DNA of 64,000 nucleotides from assembly GCA_965223845.1 (NCBI GenBank), contig CBDCXR010000004.1, positions 4,256,001 to 4,320,000 of the forward strand, written 5' to 3'. Source of the stretch: Planctomycetota bacterium (GTDB lineage Bacteria; Planctomycetota; UBA8108; SXIK01). Below, in pieces: positions 26,948 to 36,647 of this stretch (the first letter of the stretch is position 1; every line of letters starts with the position of its first letter). The notes under the pieces were generated by a model, which was not told the DNA's origin, ran no database searches, and saw only the letters and a list, made by a program, of their open reading frames with translations. Position numbers and translations under genes: made by a program.

Positions 26948-28332
26948 CCGTGGAGTCACGAACCCAGGTTCAGCCGCCCGGCATCCTTTCGGATCAGTGG
27001 AAGATCTCGCGACGCACGATGCTTCGCGGGCTCGGCGCCGCCATCGCGCTGCCCCTCCTCGACGTGATGGGGCCAGTGAGCGCAGCCCGAGCGAAAGCCG
27101 CGCCACCCGCGGTTCGCGTGGGCTATCTCTACTTTCCGAACGGGGTTTCGGAGGGTGCGTGGAAACCGAAGCGGACGGGCGAGGCGGGCGAGTTGCTCGA
27201 GCTCAACGAATGGATGGCGCCGCTCGAGGCCCACAAGAATGACATCATCATCACGGAGCGCGTCTGGACTCCGCGCGGCAACGGTCACGGACCCGGCACG
27301 GCGACCTGGCTCACCGGCGGAGGCTACGATCGCCGCCGTTACGATGCCGGCGGTGTCTCCGTCGATCAGATCGCGGCAAAGGAGATCGGCAAGAACACGC
27401 TGCTTCCGTCGCTCGAGCTCTCACTCCGTGGCGAGGGCTTTTTCTCGAACGATTTGACGCGCAATACGATCTCGTGGACGACGAGCCGTACACCGGCGCC
27501 GCGGGAGACGATCCCCCGCGCGATCTACGACCGCATGTTCCGCAAAGCCGACGAAGGTGCGACGGACCGCAACGTGCTCGATCTTGTCCTCGCCCACGCC
27601 AAATCGCTGCGCGGCAAGGTCAGCGACGCCGACCGGCGCAAGATCGACGAGTACCTCGAGTCGCTGCGATCCGTGGAGCGACGATTGGAGTTTGCCGAGA
27701 AGCAATCGAAGAAGTTCGCCGAAGACAAGGCGCTCACCGATTCACTCCGCCGGCCGGAACCGGGCATTCCAGCGGATCACCGCGAGTACGTCCGGCTGAT
27801 GCTCGACTTGATGCTCCACGCGTTTTGGGCCGACGCGACGCGCGTCTCTACCTTCATGCTCGATCACGGCCAAAGCAATCGCTACTTCAACTTCATCGAT
27901 GGCGTTCAAGGTACGTGGCACGCTCTCTCCCATTGGAAAGACGCCAGCGGCAAGACCGAGGATGACGATGGCGTCACATCCTGGGGCTCCGTCGACGAAA
28001 AACGCGACATGTACCGGATGGTCACCCGCTGGCACCACGAACAGCTCGACTATCTGCTCGGTCGCATGAAGGAGATCCGCGATGGCGACGCGACGCTGCT
28101 GGACAATTCCATGATCCTCTACGGGTCGAACCTCGCGGACGGTCACGAACACGGAGCCAAGGATCTTCCCGTTCTTCTCGCGGGCCGCGGTGGAGGCACG
28201 ATCAAAAGCGGCCGACTGCTCAAGTTCGAGCGCGACACTTCGTTGTCGCGACTCCACTTGAGCATGCTGCAGCGCCTCGGGGTGAAAGCAAAGCACTTCG
28301 CGGAAACCGACGAGCCGATCGATCTCGGTTGA
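26944..28332 (+). CDS. DUF1552 domain protein (Tat signal)
   Basis: SRRTMLRGLG..IALPLL, YFPNG, SVDQIAA, LPSLEL, LLDNSMILYGS. Confidence 0.9.
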   Translation: MTVESRTQVQPPGILSDQWKISRRTMLRGLGAAIALPLLDVMGPVSAARAKAAPPAVRVGYLYFPNGVSEGAWKPKRTGEAGELLELNEWMAPLEAHKNDIIITERVWTPRGNGHGPGTATWLTGGGYDRRRYDAGGVSVDQIAAKEIGKNTLLPSLELSLRGEGFFSNDLTRNTISWTTSRTPAPRETIPRAIYDRMFRKADEGATDRNVLDLVLAHAKSLRGKVSDADRRKIDEYLESLRSVERRLEFAEKQSKKFAEDKALTDSLRRPEPGIPADHREYVRLMLDLMLHAFWADATRVSTFMLDHGQSNRYFNFIDGVQGTWHALSHWKDASGKTEDDDGVTSWGSVDEKRDMYRMVTRWHHEQLDYLLGRMKEIRDGDATLLDNSMILYGSNLADGHEHGAKDLPVLLAGRGGGTIKSGRLLKFERDTSLSRLHLSMLQRLGVKAKHFAETDEPIDLG

Positions 28333-28356
28333 GCGGTTCGGTCATGGCCCGTGGCC

Positions 28357-30243
28357 TTACTTCGGAGTCGTTTCCGACTTCGACTCGATCTCTCGATTGT
28401 CGCGCACGACTCCGTTCTCCCCGGCGCCCGCGGCCCCGCGGATGTCGACACCGGTGTGGCCCTCCGGGCTCTCGAAAACGTTACGCAGGACGATCGGCGC
28501 AGGCGATGCGTTTGCTATGCGTAGCGCTGCCTCCCAGTAGTTCGAGACTCGATTGTCGATCGCGATCACGCTCGCTCCGTCCGCCGAGATCGCGTGCCGC
28601 CAGCCACTGATCGCATTTGACTCGAGCGTCACCTCGGAACCGGGAAGCGCCCACACCGCGAAATTGGGTGGCCCGCCCTTTCGGGGCCCCTTCCCCTCGA
28701 ATCGATTGCCGACGGCCCGCACGACTCCGCCCGCCCGCACACCGGCGACTCCGCTCCCGCGGATCAAGTTGTCGCGGAGATCAGCCTCGGCCCCTTCGAA
28801 GACCATCACGATCGGCGGCAGGCCACCGTCACGCGCCAGCTCGTTCTGCGAAAACTCGACGCGCCATCCGCTCTGCACACCAGCGGCGACGAGCCCGTTG
28901 TCGATCACACGATTGCGCAAAGCGGTAGAACGACCGGACTCGCACGCTTCGAAGCCTAAGCCCGCGGCCTTGTTGCTACGACAATCGTTGTCGACGAGAA
29001 GAGTCTCGGCATCCTCGCGCTGGCCGATCCCCGTCCGCTCGTTCTCCACACACGAATTGCCGACGATCACCGGCCGTGATTTTCCTCGCGAGCCGATTCC
29101 CGCGAGCCGGTTCCGGTCGCAGCGATTGTCCACCACGAGTGGGCTCGAGCCATCGCGTACACCGATCCCCGCCATACCGTTTTCGTAGCACTCGTTCGAC
29201 TGGACGATCGGACGATGTCCCGGACCGCTGCGGATTCCGATCCCCGCCCGTCGATTGCGATAGCACTTGTTCCCGCGGACGATCGGCTCGGCGCCCGAAC
29301 CGATGCCGATTCCGGCCCGGATGTTCTCGTAGCACGAATTGCCGATGACGATCGGCGATGCTCGCTCCTGCCCGATGCCGGCGTAGAAGTTCTCGAAGCA
29401 AGTGTTCCCCTCGATGACTGCCGCAGCTCCGTGTGTGGAACCGATACCACCGCCCATGTTGCGATAGCAGAAGTTTCGAAACACGCGCGGCGAGCAGCGC
29501 TTTCCTTCAACGCCCCGAATCGCGATTCCGTTGTCGCCGACGTGGTGGACGATGTTGTCTCGAACGACACAGGTCACGCCGACGATGGCGATTCCCGGCG
29601 TACGGGGATCTCCAATGCGCTCATGCGACTGCTCCTCTCCGCGAGTGTCACGGTGGCGATTCCATTCTTCGTCGTCGTATCGACCGATCCCGGTGATGGT
29701 GAAGCCATCGAGAACGGCTCCCTCGGCCATGACGACCCCGGGTTGGTCGACGCGTCCGCCGCCGTCGAGCACCGTCGCCTCCGCGCGCGCGAGTCCGAGC
29801 TCGCCCTTCCGGTCGTCGCCGGAGCTCTTGACCACGATTCCTTCTCGCAGACGGAGCCGCTCGCGGTAGACACCCGGATCTACAAGGACGGTGTCACCCG
29901 GCGTACCGGCGTCGATCGCGGCCTGGACGGTCGCGTAGTCTCGAGGCACTCGCAGCGTCGCGGCGAAGCAAGCGGTCGAGCTCGCGATTGCGATCAACGA
30001 ACCGATCGATAGCAAGCTCCAACGTGGGAAAGAACGGCGAGCATGAACGGCGGAGCGCGCGCTCTCGGTGGCGTTTTCGATCCGTTTCGCCAAGCGGAGC
30101 GTACTGAGCCGTACGCGAGCATTCGCGGAGCGGGTCAAAATCCGCCGCGGGTGGGATACTCGCCGAGCGAGAGCGTGCTTTGCCGCTGGGTCTTCGCAAC
30201 GCTCGGACGAAGTCCCGGTTAAGAAGGTCATCGATCGAAACAT
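28357..30243 (-). CDS. Secreted right-handed beta-helix (pectin lyase-like) repeat protein; true start probably near 30050
   Basis: ATLRVPRDYATVQAAID...PGVYRE followed by about 10 repeats of P.I.GN.CY.N..AGIG. Confidence 0.8.
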   Translation of the reverse strand: MFRSMTFLTGTSSERCEDPAAKHALARRVSHPRRILTRSANARVRLSTLRLAKRIENATESARSAVHARRSFPRWSLLSIGSLIAIASSTACFAATLRVPRDYATVQAAIDAGTPGDTVLVDPGVYRERLRLREGIVVKSSGDDRKGELGLARAEATVLDGGGRVDQPGVVMAEGAVLDGFTITGIGRYDDEEWNRHRDTRGEEQSHERIGDPRTPGIAIVGVTCVVRDNIVHHVGDNGIAIRGVEGKRCSPRVFRNFCYRNMGGGIGSTHGAAAVIEGNTCFENFYAGIGQERASPIVIGNSCYENIRAGIGIGSGAEPIVRGNKCYRNRRAGIGIRSGPGHRPIVQSNECYENGMAGIGVRDGSSPLVVDNRCDRNRLAGIGSRGKSRPVIVGNSCVENERTGIGQREDAETLLVDNDCRSNKAAGLGFEACESGRSTALRNRVIDNGLVAAGVQSGWRVEFSQNELARDGGLPPIVMVFEGAEADLRDNLIRGSGVAGVRAGGVVRAVGNRFEGKGPRKGGPPNFAVWALPGSEVTLESNAISGWRHAISADGASVIAIDNRVSNYWEAALRIANASPAPIVLRNVFESPEGHTGVDIRGAAGAGENGVVRDNREIESKSETTPK

Positions 30244-30603
30244 GCTGGACTCTTTCTAACGAAGAGAGACGCTATCGTTTCATCCGGGCGCTCGAGCCGA
30301 GCGAACGATTCGACATTTTAGCCTATCCACGACGCGGAGGGCCGACTCGACGTGAAACCGGCGCGATCTGTGTCGTCGTCGCCGGCACGAGCTGCTGCTC
30401 TCGCTAGTCGATGTCACGCGTGTGCACTGGGATGACAATCGCGGCTCTGATTCTCGCCTGCGCCTCCTCCCTTGGTGCTCCCACCGAGAGCAACGACGCG
30501 GAGTTGCGGAATCGCCTCGCTGAGGGTCGGTGTTCTCAACCTGACCGGGTCGAAGACTCGTCCCGTGGTGGAAGTTCAACCACGTCTTGCGGAACCCGGC
30601 GCC

Positions 30604-31920
30604 TCACCCGAGCTCGTTGATCTTCCATCCAGGTCGGTACGAGGCTTTGATCCAGCGGTCCGCCTCGGGTGCGCCGTCGAAACGGAGCGATTCGCTGTCC
30701 CAGCGGAGTTCACGCCCTGGATAACGGACGGCGATGTTTCCGAGAAGAACGGTCTCGGTGAGAGGCGCTGAATAGGCGAACGGCGTCGATGTTTCCCCCT
30801 TGCCGCGGACGGCGTCCGTCCATTCGAGGTAGTGGCTCGTCGTCTGGCGCCGCGGAATCTTACCCTCCAAACCGAGGAGACGCGCGCGCGACTTGTAGCC
30901 CATGAGGAGCGATCCGTGCTCCCCCACGAGGACGGATCCGTTGTCCGGAACATCACTCTCCTGGGCAAATCCAAGACGTTCGAAGGGAGGCTTCACCGCG
31001 TTGTCGAGCCAGCGAAGAGAAAGTCGCTCTCCGGCCGTGTGGACGTTTTTCGCGAAGACGTACTCGACGTCCGCATGGAGCGGGTAGGTCTCGCCGTTCG
31101 GGCGCTCCGAGCCGTGCGATCGTACGGCGATCGGAGGGTCGAGCTCGAGAGCCTGAAACACCGGGTCGAACATGTGGCAACCCATGTCGCCGATGGACCC
31201 CGTACCGAAGTCTTCCCAGCCCCGCCAGCGAAACGGGTGGTAGATGTCTTTGACCCAGGGCCGTCCGGGCGCAACCCCGAGCCAGAGATCCCACGCGACG
31301 TGCGCCGGCGCCGCCCCGTTGCTCGAAGGCCGAGGAATCCCCTGCTCCCAACGGCCGCGCGGACGATCCGTCCAGCACCAGATCTCTTTGACCTTGCCGA
31401 TGACGCCGCTCCGGAAGAGCTCCACCGCCGCCTTTTGCGAACCGTAGTTCCGTACTTGTATGCCCATCTGAGTGACGAGCTTCTTCTCCGCGGCGAGCCT
31501 CTGGAGTGCTCGCGCTTCAGCGATCGTTCGCGTCAGTGGCTTTTGGCAGTAGATGTGCACGCCTCGCTGCATCGCGGAAAACGCGATCGGCGCGTGCATG
31601 TGATCCGGGGTCGTGACGGTGGCGATGTCGATGGCCTCGCGGTCGAGCAGCTTCCGCCAATCGGAATACGCTCTCGCGTGCGGGTGGAGCGCCTGCGCCT
31701 TCGCGAGCGACTTCCCGTCAACGTCGCAGAGTGCGGCGACCTCGACGAGCGGGTCCTTAGCCGTCTCGGCGAGATCGACAGCGCCCTTCCCACCGACACC
31801 GAATGCCGCGTAACGGAGGCGCTCGGCGCTCCCGCGCGCGCGGAGGATGCCAGGGCAGGAAATGCAGGCCAGGGCGTGCGCAGCGGCACGGAGTACGGAG
31901 CGTCGGGTGCGCCGGGCCAT
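30604..31920 (-). CDS. Gfo/Idh/MocA oxidoreductase (Tat signal)
   Basis: TRRSVLR, TPDHMH, CQKPL, WDLWLG, GDMGCH. Confidence 0.92.
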   Translation of the reverse strand: MARRTRRSVLRAAAHALACISCPGILRARGSAERLRYAAFGVGGKGAVDLAETAKDPLVEVAALCDVDGKSLAKAQALHPHARAYSDWRKLLDREAIDIATVTTPDHMHAPIAFSAMQRGVHIYCQKPLTRTIAEARALQRLAAEKKLVTQMGIQVRNYGSQKAAVELFRSGVIGKVKEIWCWTDRPRGRWEQGIPRPSSNGAAPAHVAWDLWLGVAPGRPWVKDIYHPFRWRGWEDFGTGSIGDMGCHMFDPVFQALELDPPIAVRSHGSERPNGETYPLHADVEYVFAKNVHTAGERLSLRWLDNAVKPPFERLGFAQESDVPDNGSVLVGEHGSLLMGYKSRARLLGLEGKIPRRQTTSHYLEWTDAVRGKGETSTPFAYSAPLTETVLLGNIAVRYPGRELRWDSESLRFDGAPEADRWIKASYRPGWKINELG

Positions 31921-32215
31921 GTGGGCTGTCCTCTTCTCGGAGAGAATACGTGGATGAAGAGTTTGGAGCTGTGAGCGGAGGACGTCCAGAGTCGAAAACG
32001 ACTCGTTCGCTCCGCGGCACCTACCGCCGTGAAGCTGGGTGAGATCTGGATATACGAGAGAATGTAGACATTTTACAGTTGTGAGCAGACGTTACCATTG
32101 AAGCAATACCTGCGACCGCTACGGCGCGGGAAACGCTGGTTTGAAGCGCCGAGCCACCAAGTGCGAACGTCGAAAAGACATTGGACGACGCACCCCTCGA
32201 ATCGAACAGAAGCTC

Positions 32216-34225
32216 ATGAATCTCTGCGTACTACGCTCGTCCGTTATCGCCGTGCTCCTCTCGCTCGGCGCGAACGCACTCGCCCTCGAGATCCGAGGCG
32301 CAGCGGTGATCCCGCACGCTCCCGTGCGGGAAATGCAATTCCGACGCCCGATCGACTTCCGAGCCGGCGCGCGTATTCAGCTCTTCGTGATCAACGAGAC
32401 TGCCGAGCCCGTCCGAGTGGACGAGCTGGAGATCGACGGACTCGCGCCGGCTGGCCACATGAAATCGGGCGACTGGTCCTGGCATGACACTCCGGCGATA
32501 TGGGCCGAAGGTACACGCCCGATTCCGCCGGGTGCCCTGTCCTGCTGGACGTACAACCAGGTCGAGGGCTTCGACGACGGCAAACGGCGCGTGACGGTCG
32601 CGGGTGAGACACTCGAGGTCGAGCTTCGCCGCCCGCGGGTCTGGCTCGAGGCAGTGACGTTTCTCGGGACCGGCGATGCCCTCTACCCGAATCGCATCGT
32701 GGTCCATGTTCGGAATACGTCGACGGGCCCGATCTCGATGCGATCTCTGCGCCTCTGGTTGCCGAAATCGAACGCGACGTTCCGCCATCTCTATCCGACC
32801 GCACCCGTAAAGGACGCGCAGCTCTTCCCCGCGAGCGGCGTGATCGATTCGGGGGATACGGGATGTCTCGTCGCCCGCGTGAAGGACCTGCCGCTCACCT
32901 ACGCCGCGGTCGAGCTCCTCGCCGAGAACGCGAGCAAGAAACCTCTCACCCTCTGGTCCCATCTCCGCATCAAGAAAGAAGTCTTCGATATCGGCGGCGG
33001 CTGGGTGAGCTCGAACCGAGTGCCAGGCGGCTCGCTCCGGGCCGAACCCTACTTGAAGACTCTCCGCGCGCTTCACATCAGCTCGGGCATGCACGATTCG
33101 GTCCCCGGTTACACGGACCAGACTGGGCCGGACAGCTTGTACGCGCGCTACCCGATCAAGATGATGAACCGGCTCCAGCCCGTCGAGCGCTTCGATCGCG
33201 ACGATGTTCTGCCGCGCATTCACGCCGTCGAGTTCCTCGGCGAGCCGCAGTACCGCGCGCGCACGAAGGGAAAGATGCCGCCGGCCGTTCTCGAGGCCTT
33301 TCGCCCGTACGCGCCGACGCGCTTGGCGACATCGGTCACACTCAGCGATGCATCGACCTGGCACCTCTGGGCCGGGCTCTCGGACTACCCGCACTACGAC
33401 GCTTACCGCGTCACGGCGCCGATGGCCGACTCTTGGCGGAGCTACGACCGATGGGGCGGAGTGCGCATCGGCTGGGGAGCGCCGCTCGAAACGATCGGCG
33501 ACATGACCCGGTCGCTCCGGGAAAACAGCCGACCGGCGTCGATCGCGTACTGGTCACAAGGGCCGCACGAGGGATGGCGCGGCTACGACGGCAGGCAGAG
33601 AAGTTCGCCGACCGTCGAAGAACTAAGGGCACAGGCCTACCACGGGCTCTCGAGTCGCATCACTTCGCTCTATTGGTTCAATCTCAGCCTCCGTTCACTT
33701 CTCAAGTTTCGCGACACGCTGCCCGAGCTTCAGAGGATCGGACGCGAAATCCGCCTGCTCGACGACTACTACCTGGAAGGTTGCGCCCACTCGTATCGAC
33801 GCGTTCTCAGCGACTCGACACCGAGCGCCGACCTCGCTGTCATCGCCGCGCCGCGCGGAGCGCTGCTCTTTTTTCTCGACCTCGAGTACGAGCCCGATCC
33901 CGAAGAAAAAGTGTTCCGTTTCCCGGAGCACCGAAAGTTGACGCTCGAGTTCCGCCTTCCGAGTTATCTCCGCGATCCTAAAGACGTGTTCCGAGTCGAT
34001 GCAGAAGGGACGCACGACGTCGAGCACGAGGTGAGCGGCTCACAGGTTCGCGTCACCGACCGAGTGTCGAACGTCGGGATCTGGGTCGCTGCGCCGAATC
34101 GGGGCGAGCGCGAGCGATTGAAGAGGCGGCTCGGCCAGCTCCTCGAGTACGAACGCTCGTTCGACTTCGATCCCGGACGGATCGACGGCGACTTCGAGAA
34201 GCTGAGAGGTCTACTCGGCGACTGA
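32216..34225 (+). CDS. Secreted hypothetical protein
   Basis: Long ORF with host-like codon usage and signal peptide (ANALA); no family recognised. Confidence 0.7.
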   Translation: MNLCVLRSSVIAVLLSLGANALALEIRGAAVIPHAPVREMQFRRPIDFRAGARIQLFVINETAEPVRVDELEIDGLAPAGHMKSGDWSWHDTPAIWAEGTRPIPPGALSCWTYNQVEGFDDGKRRVTVAGETLEVELRRPRVWLEAVTFLGTGDALYPNRIVVHVRNTSTGPISMRSLRLWLPKSNATFRHLYPTAPVKDAQLFPASGVIDSGDTGCLVARVKDLPLTYAAVELLAENASKKPLTLWSHLRIKKEVFDIGGGWVSSNRVPGGSLRAEPYLKTLRALHISSGMHDSVPGYTDQTGPDSLYARYPIKMMNRLQPVERFDRDDVLPRIHAVEFLGEPQYRARTKGKMPPAVLEAFRPYAPTRLATSVTLSDASTWHLWAGLSDYPHYDAYRVTAPMADSWRSYDRWGGVRIGWGAPLETIGDMTRSLRENSRPASIAYWSQGPHEGWRGYDGRQRSSPTVEELRAQAYHGLSSRITSLYWFNLSLRSLLKFRDTLPELQRIGREIRLLDDYYLEGCAHSYRRVLSDSTPSADLAVIAAPRGALLFFLDLEYEPDPEEKVFRFPEHRKLTLEFRLPSYLRDPKDVFRVDAEGTHDVEHEVSGSQVRVTDRVSNVGIWVAAPNRGERERLKRRLGQLLEYERSFDFDPGRIDGDFEKLRGLLGD

Positions 34226-34288
34226 CGGAGCCCTCGAGATTCCGTGACCATTCGGCAGTTAACGCGCAACGTCCGGAGTGAACAAAAC

Positions 34289-36607
34289 ATGCTCATGAGA
34301 TCCTCTCGTTTCGCGTCGTCGACCAGCGCGATCCTCGCTGCCGTGCTTCTCTGTTCGCAGGGACAACGTGCTACCGCAACCGAGCGACCTGACATCCCCG
34401 CCCATCAACCGGTGGTCCTGCCCGGATTACACGCGTACGCGCAAAAGAGCATCGCCGCGGGCGAGGAGATCGAGTTTCGGGTGAGTAGCAGCGTTCCGTA
34501 CGACTTGTCCGTCGTGCGACTCGGGCCCGATCCCGAAAACCGGGACGAGGATCCGACGCTCGAGACGTTCCGTGTCGAAGCGCCTCGATCTCAGCCGATT
34601 CATCCCGGTTCCTACGTACACGTGAGCAAAGGCCTCCCCGCCGAGAGGCGACTGACGGAGCTGACCTTGGAAGCCTGGATTCGCCCGTTCCACTTGTCCG
34701 GCTGGCAAGGCTTGATCACCCAGCACGACTACCCGGACCGATGCGGATTCGGTTTGTTTCTGAATCAAGGGCGAGTCGCATTCATCACCGGCGCCGGCGG
34801 TGCTTTCGATCCGGGTTCGCTTCACGCGACCGATCCAGGTTCCATCACGGCCCGGCGCTGGCACCACGTCGTAGGATCCTGGGACGGAAGGGTGAAGAGA
34901 ATCTACGTCGACGGCGAGCTCAGGACCGAGTTCCCTTTCGCCGGCGTGGTGCGTCCCGCGCAGACCTCGCTTCGGATCGGGGCGTACGGGAGCGACGGAC
35001 TGGCGTCGAACTTCTATGGCGGCGACATCGCCATGTGCGCCGTGCATGAACGAGCGCTCGGGAGGGATCAGATCAAGAAGCGCTTCGCTGATCGTGGGTT
35101 GACGATTCCGAAGGGCGATTCCGTGCTCGCATGCTGGCCGTTCAGCGAAGAACGCGGCACGCGAGTCGCCGACGCAAGCGCCGACCGGCGAGACGGCCGG
35201 ATCATCAACCGGGGAACGTGGATGATCGGTGGCCCGGGCTTCGACGCTACGAAAGTCGGTCGACACGATTCGAGCTACGATCCCACCCGCGACGAAAAGC
35301 GCGGCCACGGCCTCCGACTCGCAGCGGACGAGCTCTACGACGCCCGCTGGGACGTCAGTCACCGGTTCCGCGTTCCCGCGGACGCCAAGTCTGGAGTGTA
35401 CGCGGGACGATTCGATTTTCAGATGAACGGGAAGCCCATGCGGTATTTCACGACGTTCATCGTGCGGCGCCCCGAGTCGAGGCCCAAGGCGCCCTTGCTG
35501 GTGCTCGTGAGCTCGAACACCTGGCTGGCGTACAACTCGGTTCCGTTCCCGGTCAATCACGGACCGGGGCTCCTCCAGATGGGAACCGGGGGGCTGCGCA
35601 CGAGTCACCCCTCGGCGCCGACGTACAGCTTCTACAGCGATCACCGAAACGGCCAGCCCACGTACAAAGTCGGATTGAAAGTGCCGTGGCCGGCCGCCGG
35701 CCCCAACAAGACCTACATCAACCAGTCCTACAGCCATCTTCTGCGCGGCGAACGTTTCCTCCACCTCTGGCTGGATCGCCACGGATACGACTACGACGTC
35801 ATCGCCGACCACGACTTGGATCGCCACCCGGAAGTCTTGGACGGCTACAGAGCGGTCTGCCTCAACGGACACAGCGAATACTGGTCGATTCGCGCCTACA
35901 ACGGACTCGATCGCTACCTCGAGGCCGGCGGAGCGGCCGTGGTGATGTCCGGCAACACCATGTTTTGGCGAGTGAGCTTCGACGACGGCGGCGAGGTGAT
36001 GGAGTGCCGCAAGTTTGGCACGCAGATCGGCGGGCGGGCACACGCGAAGGTGGGCGAGCTCTATCACAGTCACGACTTCAAGCGCGGCAGTCTGATGCGT
36101 TTCTGCGGCTACCCTGCTTGGAAGTCGATCGGTCTTACGTGCATAGGATGGGGAGGCGGCAACTTCAAGCCGTACCAGGTCGATCTACCGGATCATTTCC
36201 TCTTCAACGAACCTCACAAGACCGGACTGAAGAAAGGCGATGCGTTCGGGTTCGTCAACCGCACCAGCGGAGCGGTCGGCCACGAGTACGACGTTCGGCT
36301 GTCGACGATTCTGCGCACGACCGAGAACCCCGTCTTCACGGGGCTGGTCGAACCCGAGGGAATCACCACCTTGGCACGCAGCCACGACAAGCGAAACGTC
36401 CTCGACTTCAACGCCGAGGGGCACAAACCGCGACGGGGCGGGGAACAGACGATCGCGGAGATCATCTACTGGAATCGCCCGCAGGGCGGTCGGGTGTTTC
36501 ACACCGGGTCGATCGCGACCGCGTGGGGCCTGTACCACGACGAATCGTTGAGTCGGCTGGTGCAAAACGTCCTCCACCACTTCAACGTAACGCCGACGAA
36601 ACGTTGA
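34289..36607 (+). CDS. N,N-dimethylformamidase large-subunit-like protein with LamG-like domain
   Basis: SNTWLAYN, YSDHRNG, GHSEYWS, SGNTMFWRV, GGRVFHTGS; LamG WHHVVGSWDG; signal peptide. Confidence 0.8.
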   Translation: MLMRSSRFASSTSAILAAVLLCSQGQRATATERPDIPAHQPVVLPGLHAYAQKSIAAGEEIEFRVSSSVPYDLSVVRLGPDPENRDEDPTLETFRVEAPRSQPIHPGSYVHVSKGLPAERRLTELTLEAWIRPFHLSGWQGLITQHDYPDRCGFGLFLNQGRVAFITGAGGAFDPGSLHATDPGSITARRWHHVVGSWDGRVKRIYVDGELRTEFPFAGVVRPAQTSLRIGAYGSDGLASNFYGGDIAMCAVHERALGRDQIKKRFADRGLTIPKGDSVLACWPFSEERGTRVADASADRRDGRIINRGTWMIGGPGFDATKVGRHDSSYDPTRDEKRGHGLRLAADELYDARWDVSHRFRVPADAKSGVYAGRFDFQMNGKPMRYFTTFIVRRPESRPKAPLLVLVSSNTWLAYNSVPFPVNHGPGLLQMGTGGLRTSHPSAPTYSFYSDHRNGQPTYKVGLKVPWPAAGPNKTYINQSYSHLLRGERFLHLWLDRHGYDYDVIADHDLDRHPEVLDGYRAVCLNGHSEYWSIRAYNGLDRYLEAGGAAVVMSGNTMFWRVSFDDGGEVMECRKFGTQIGGRAHAKVGELYHSHDFKRGSLMRFCGYPAWKSIGLTCIGWGGGNFKPYQVDLPDHFLFNEPHKTGLKKGDAFGFVNRTSGAVGHEYDVRLSTILRTTENPVFTGLVEPEGITTLARSHDKRNVLDFNAEGHKPRRGGEQTIAEIIYWNRPQGGRVFHTGSIATAWGLYHDESLSRLVQNVLHHFNVTPTKR

Positions 36608-36647
36608 CGAAAACGCGAGCGCCGTCATCGGTCCCGCAGCGAGCAGT

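Noticed and set aside
29000-29560. Repetitive DNA suggesting an array
   Set aside because: It is coding beta-helix repeats, not a CRISPR or non-coding array.
30411-30620. Short ORF with a signal-peptide-like start (MTIAALILACASSLG)
   Set aside because: Too short, runs into the convergent gene, and has no supporting motif; possibly a remnant.
34427-36073. Long antisense or alternative-frame ORFs (also 6533-7729, 48501-49844, 53416-54636)
   Set aside because: Shadow ORFs of high-GC genes with no recognisable motifs.
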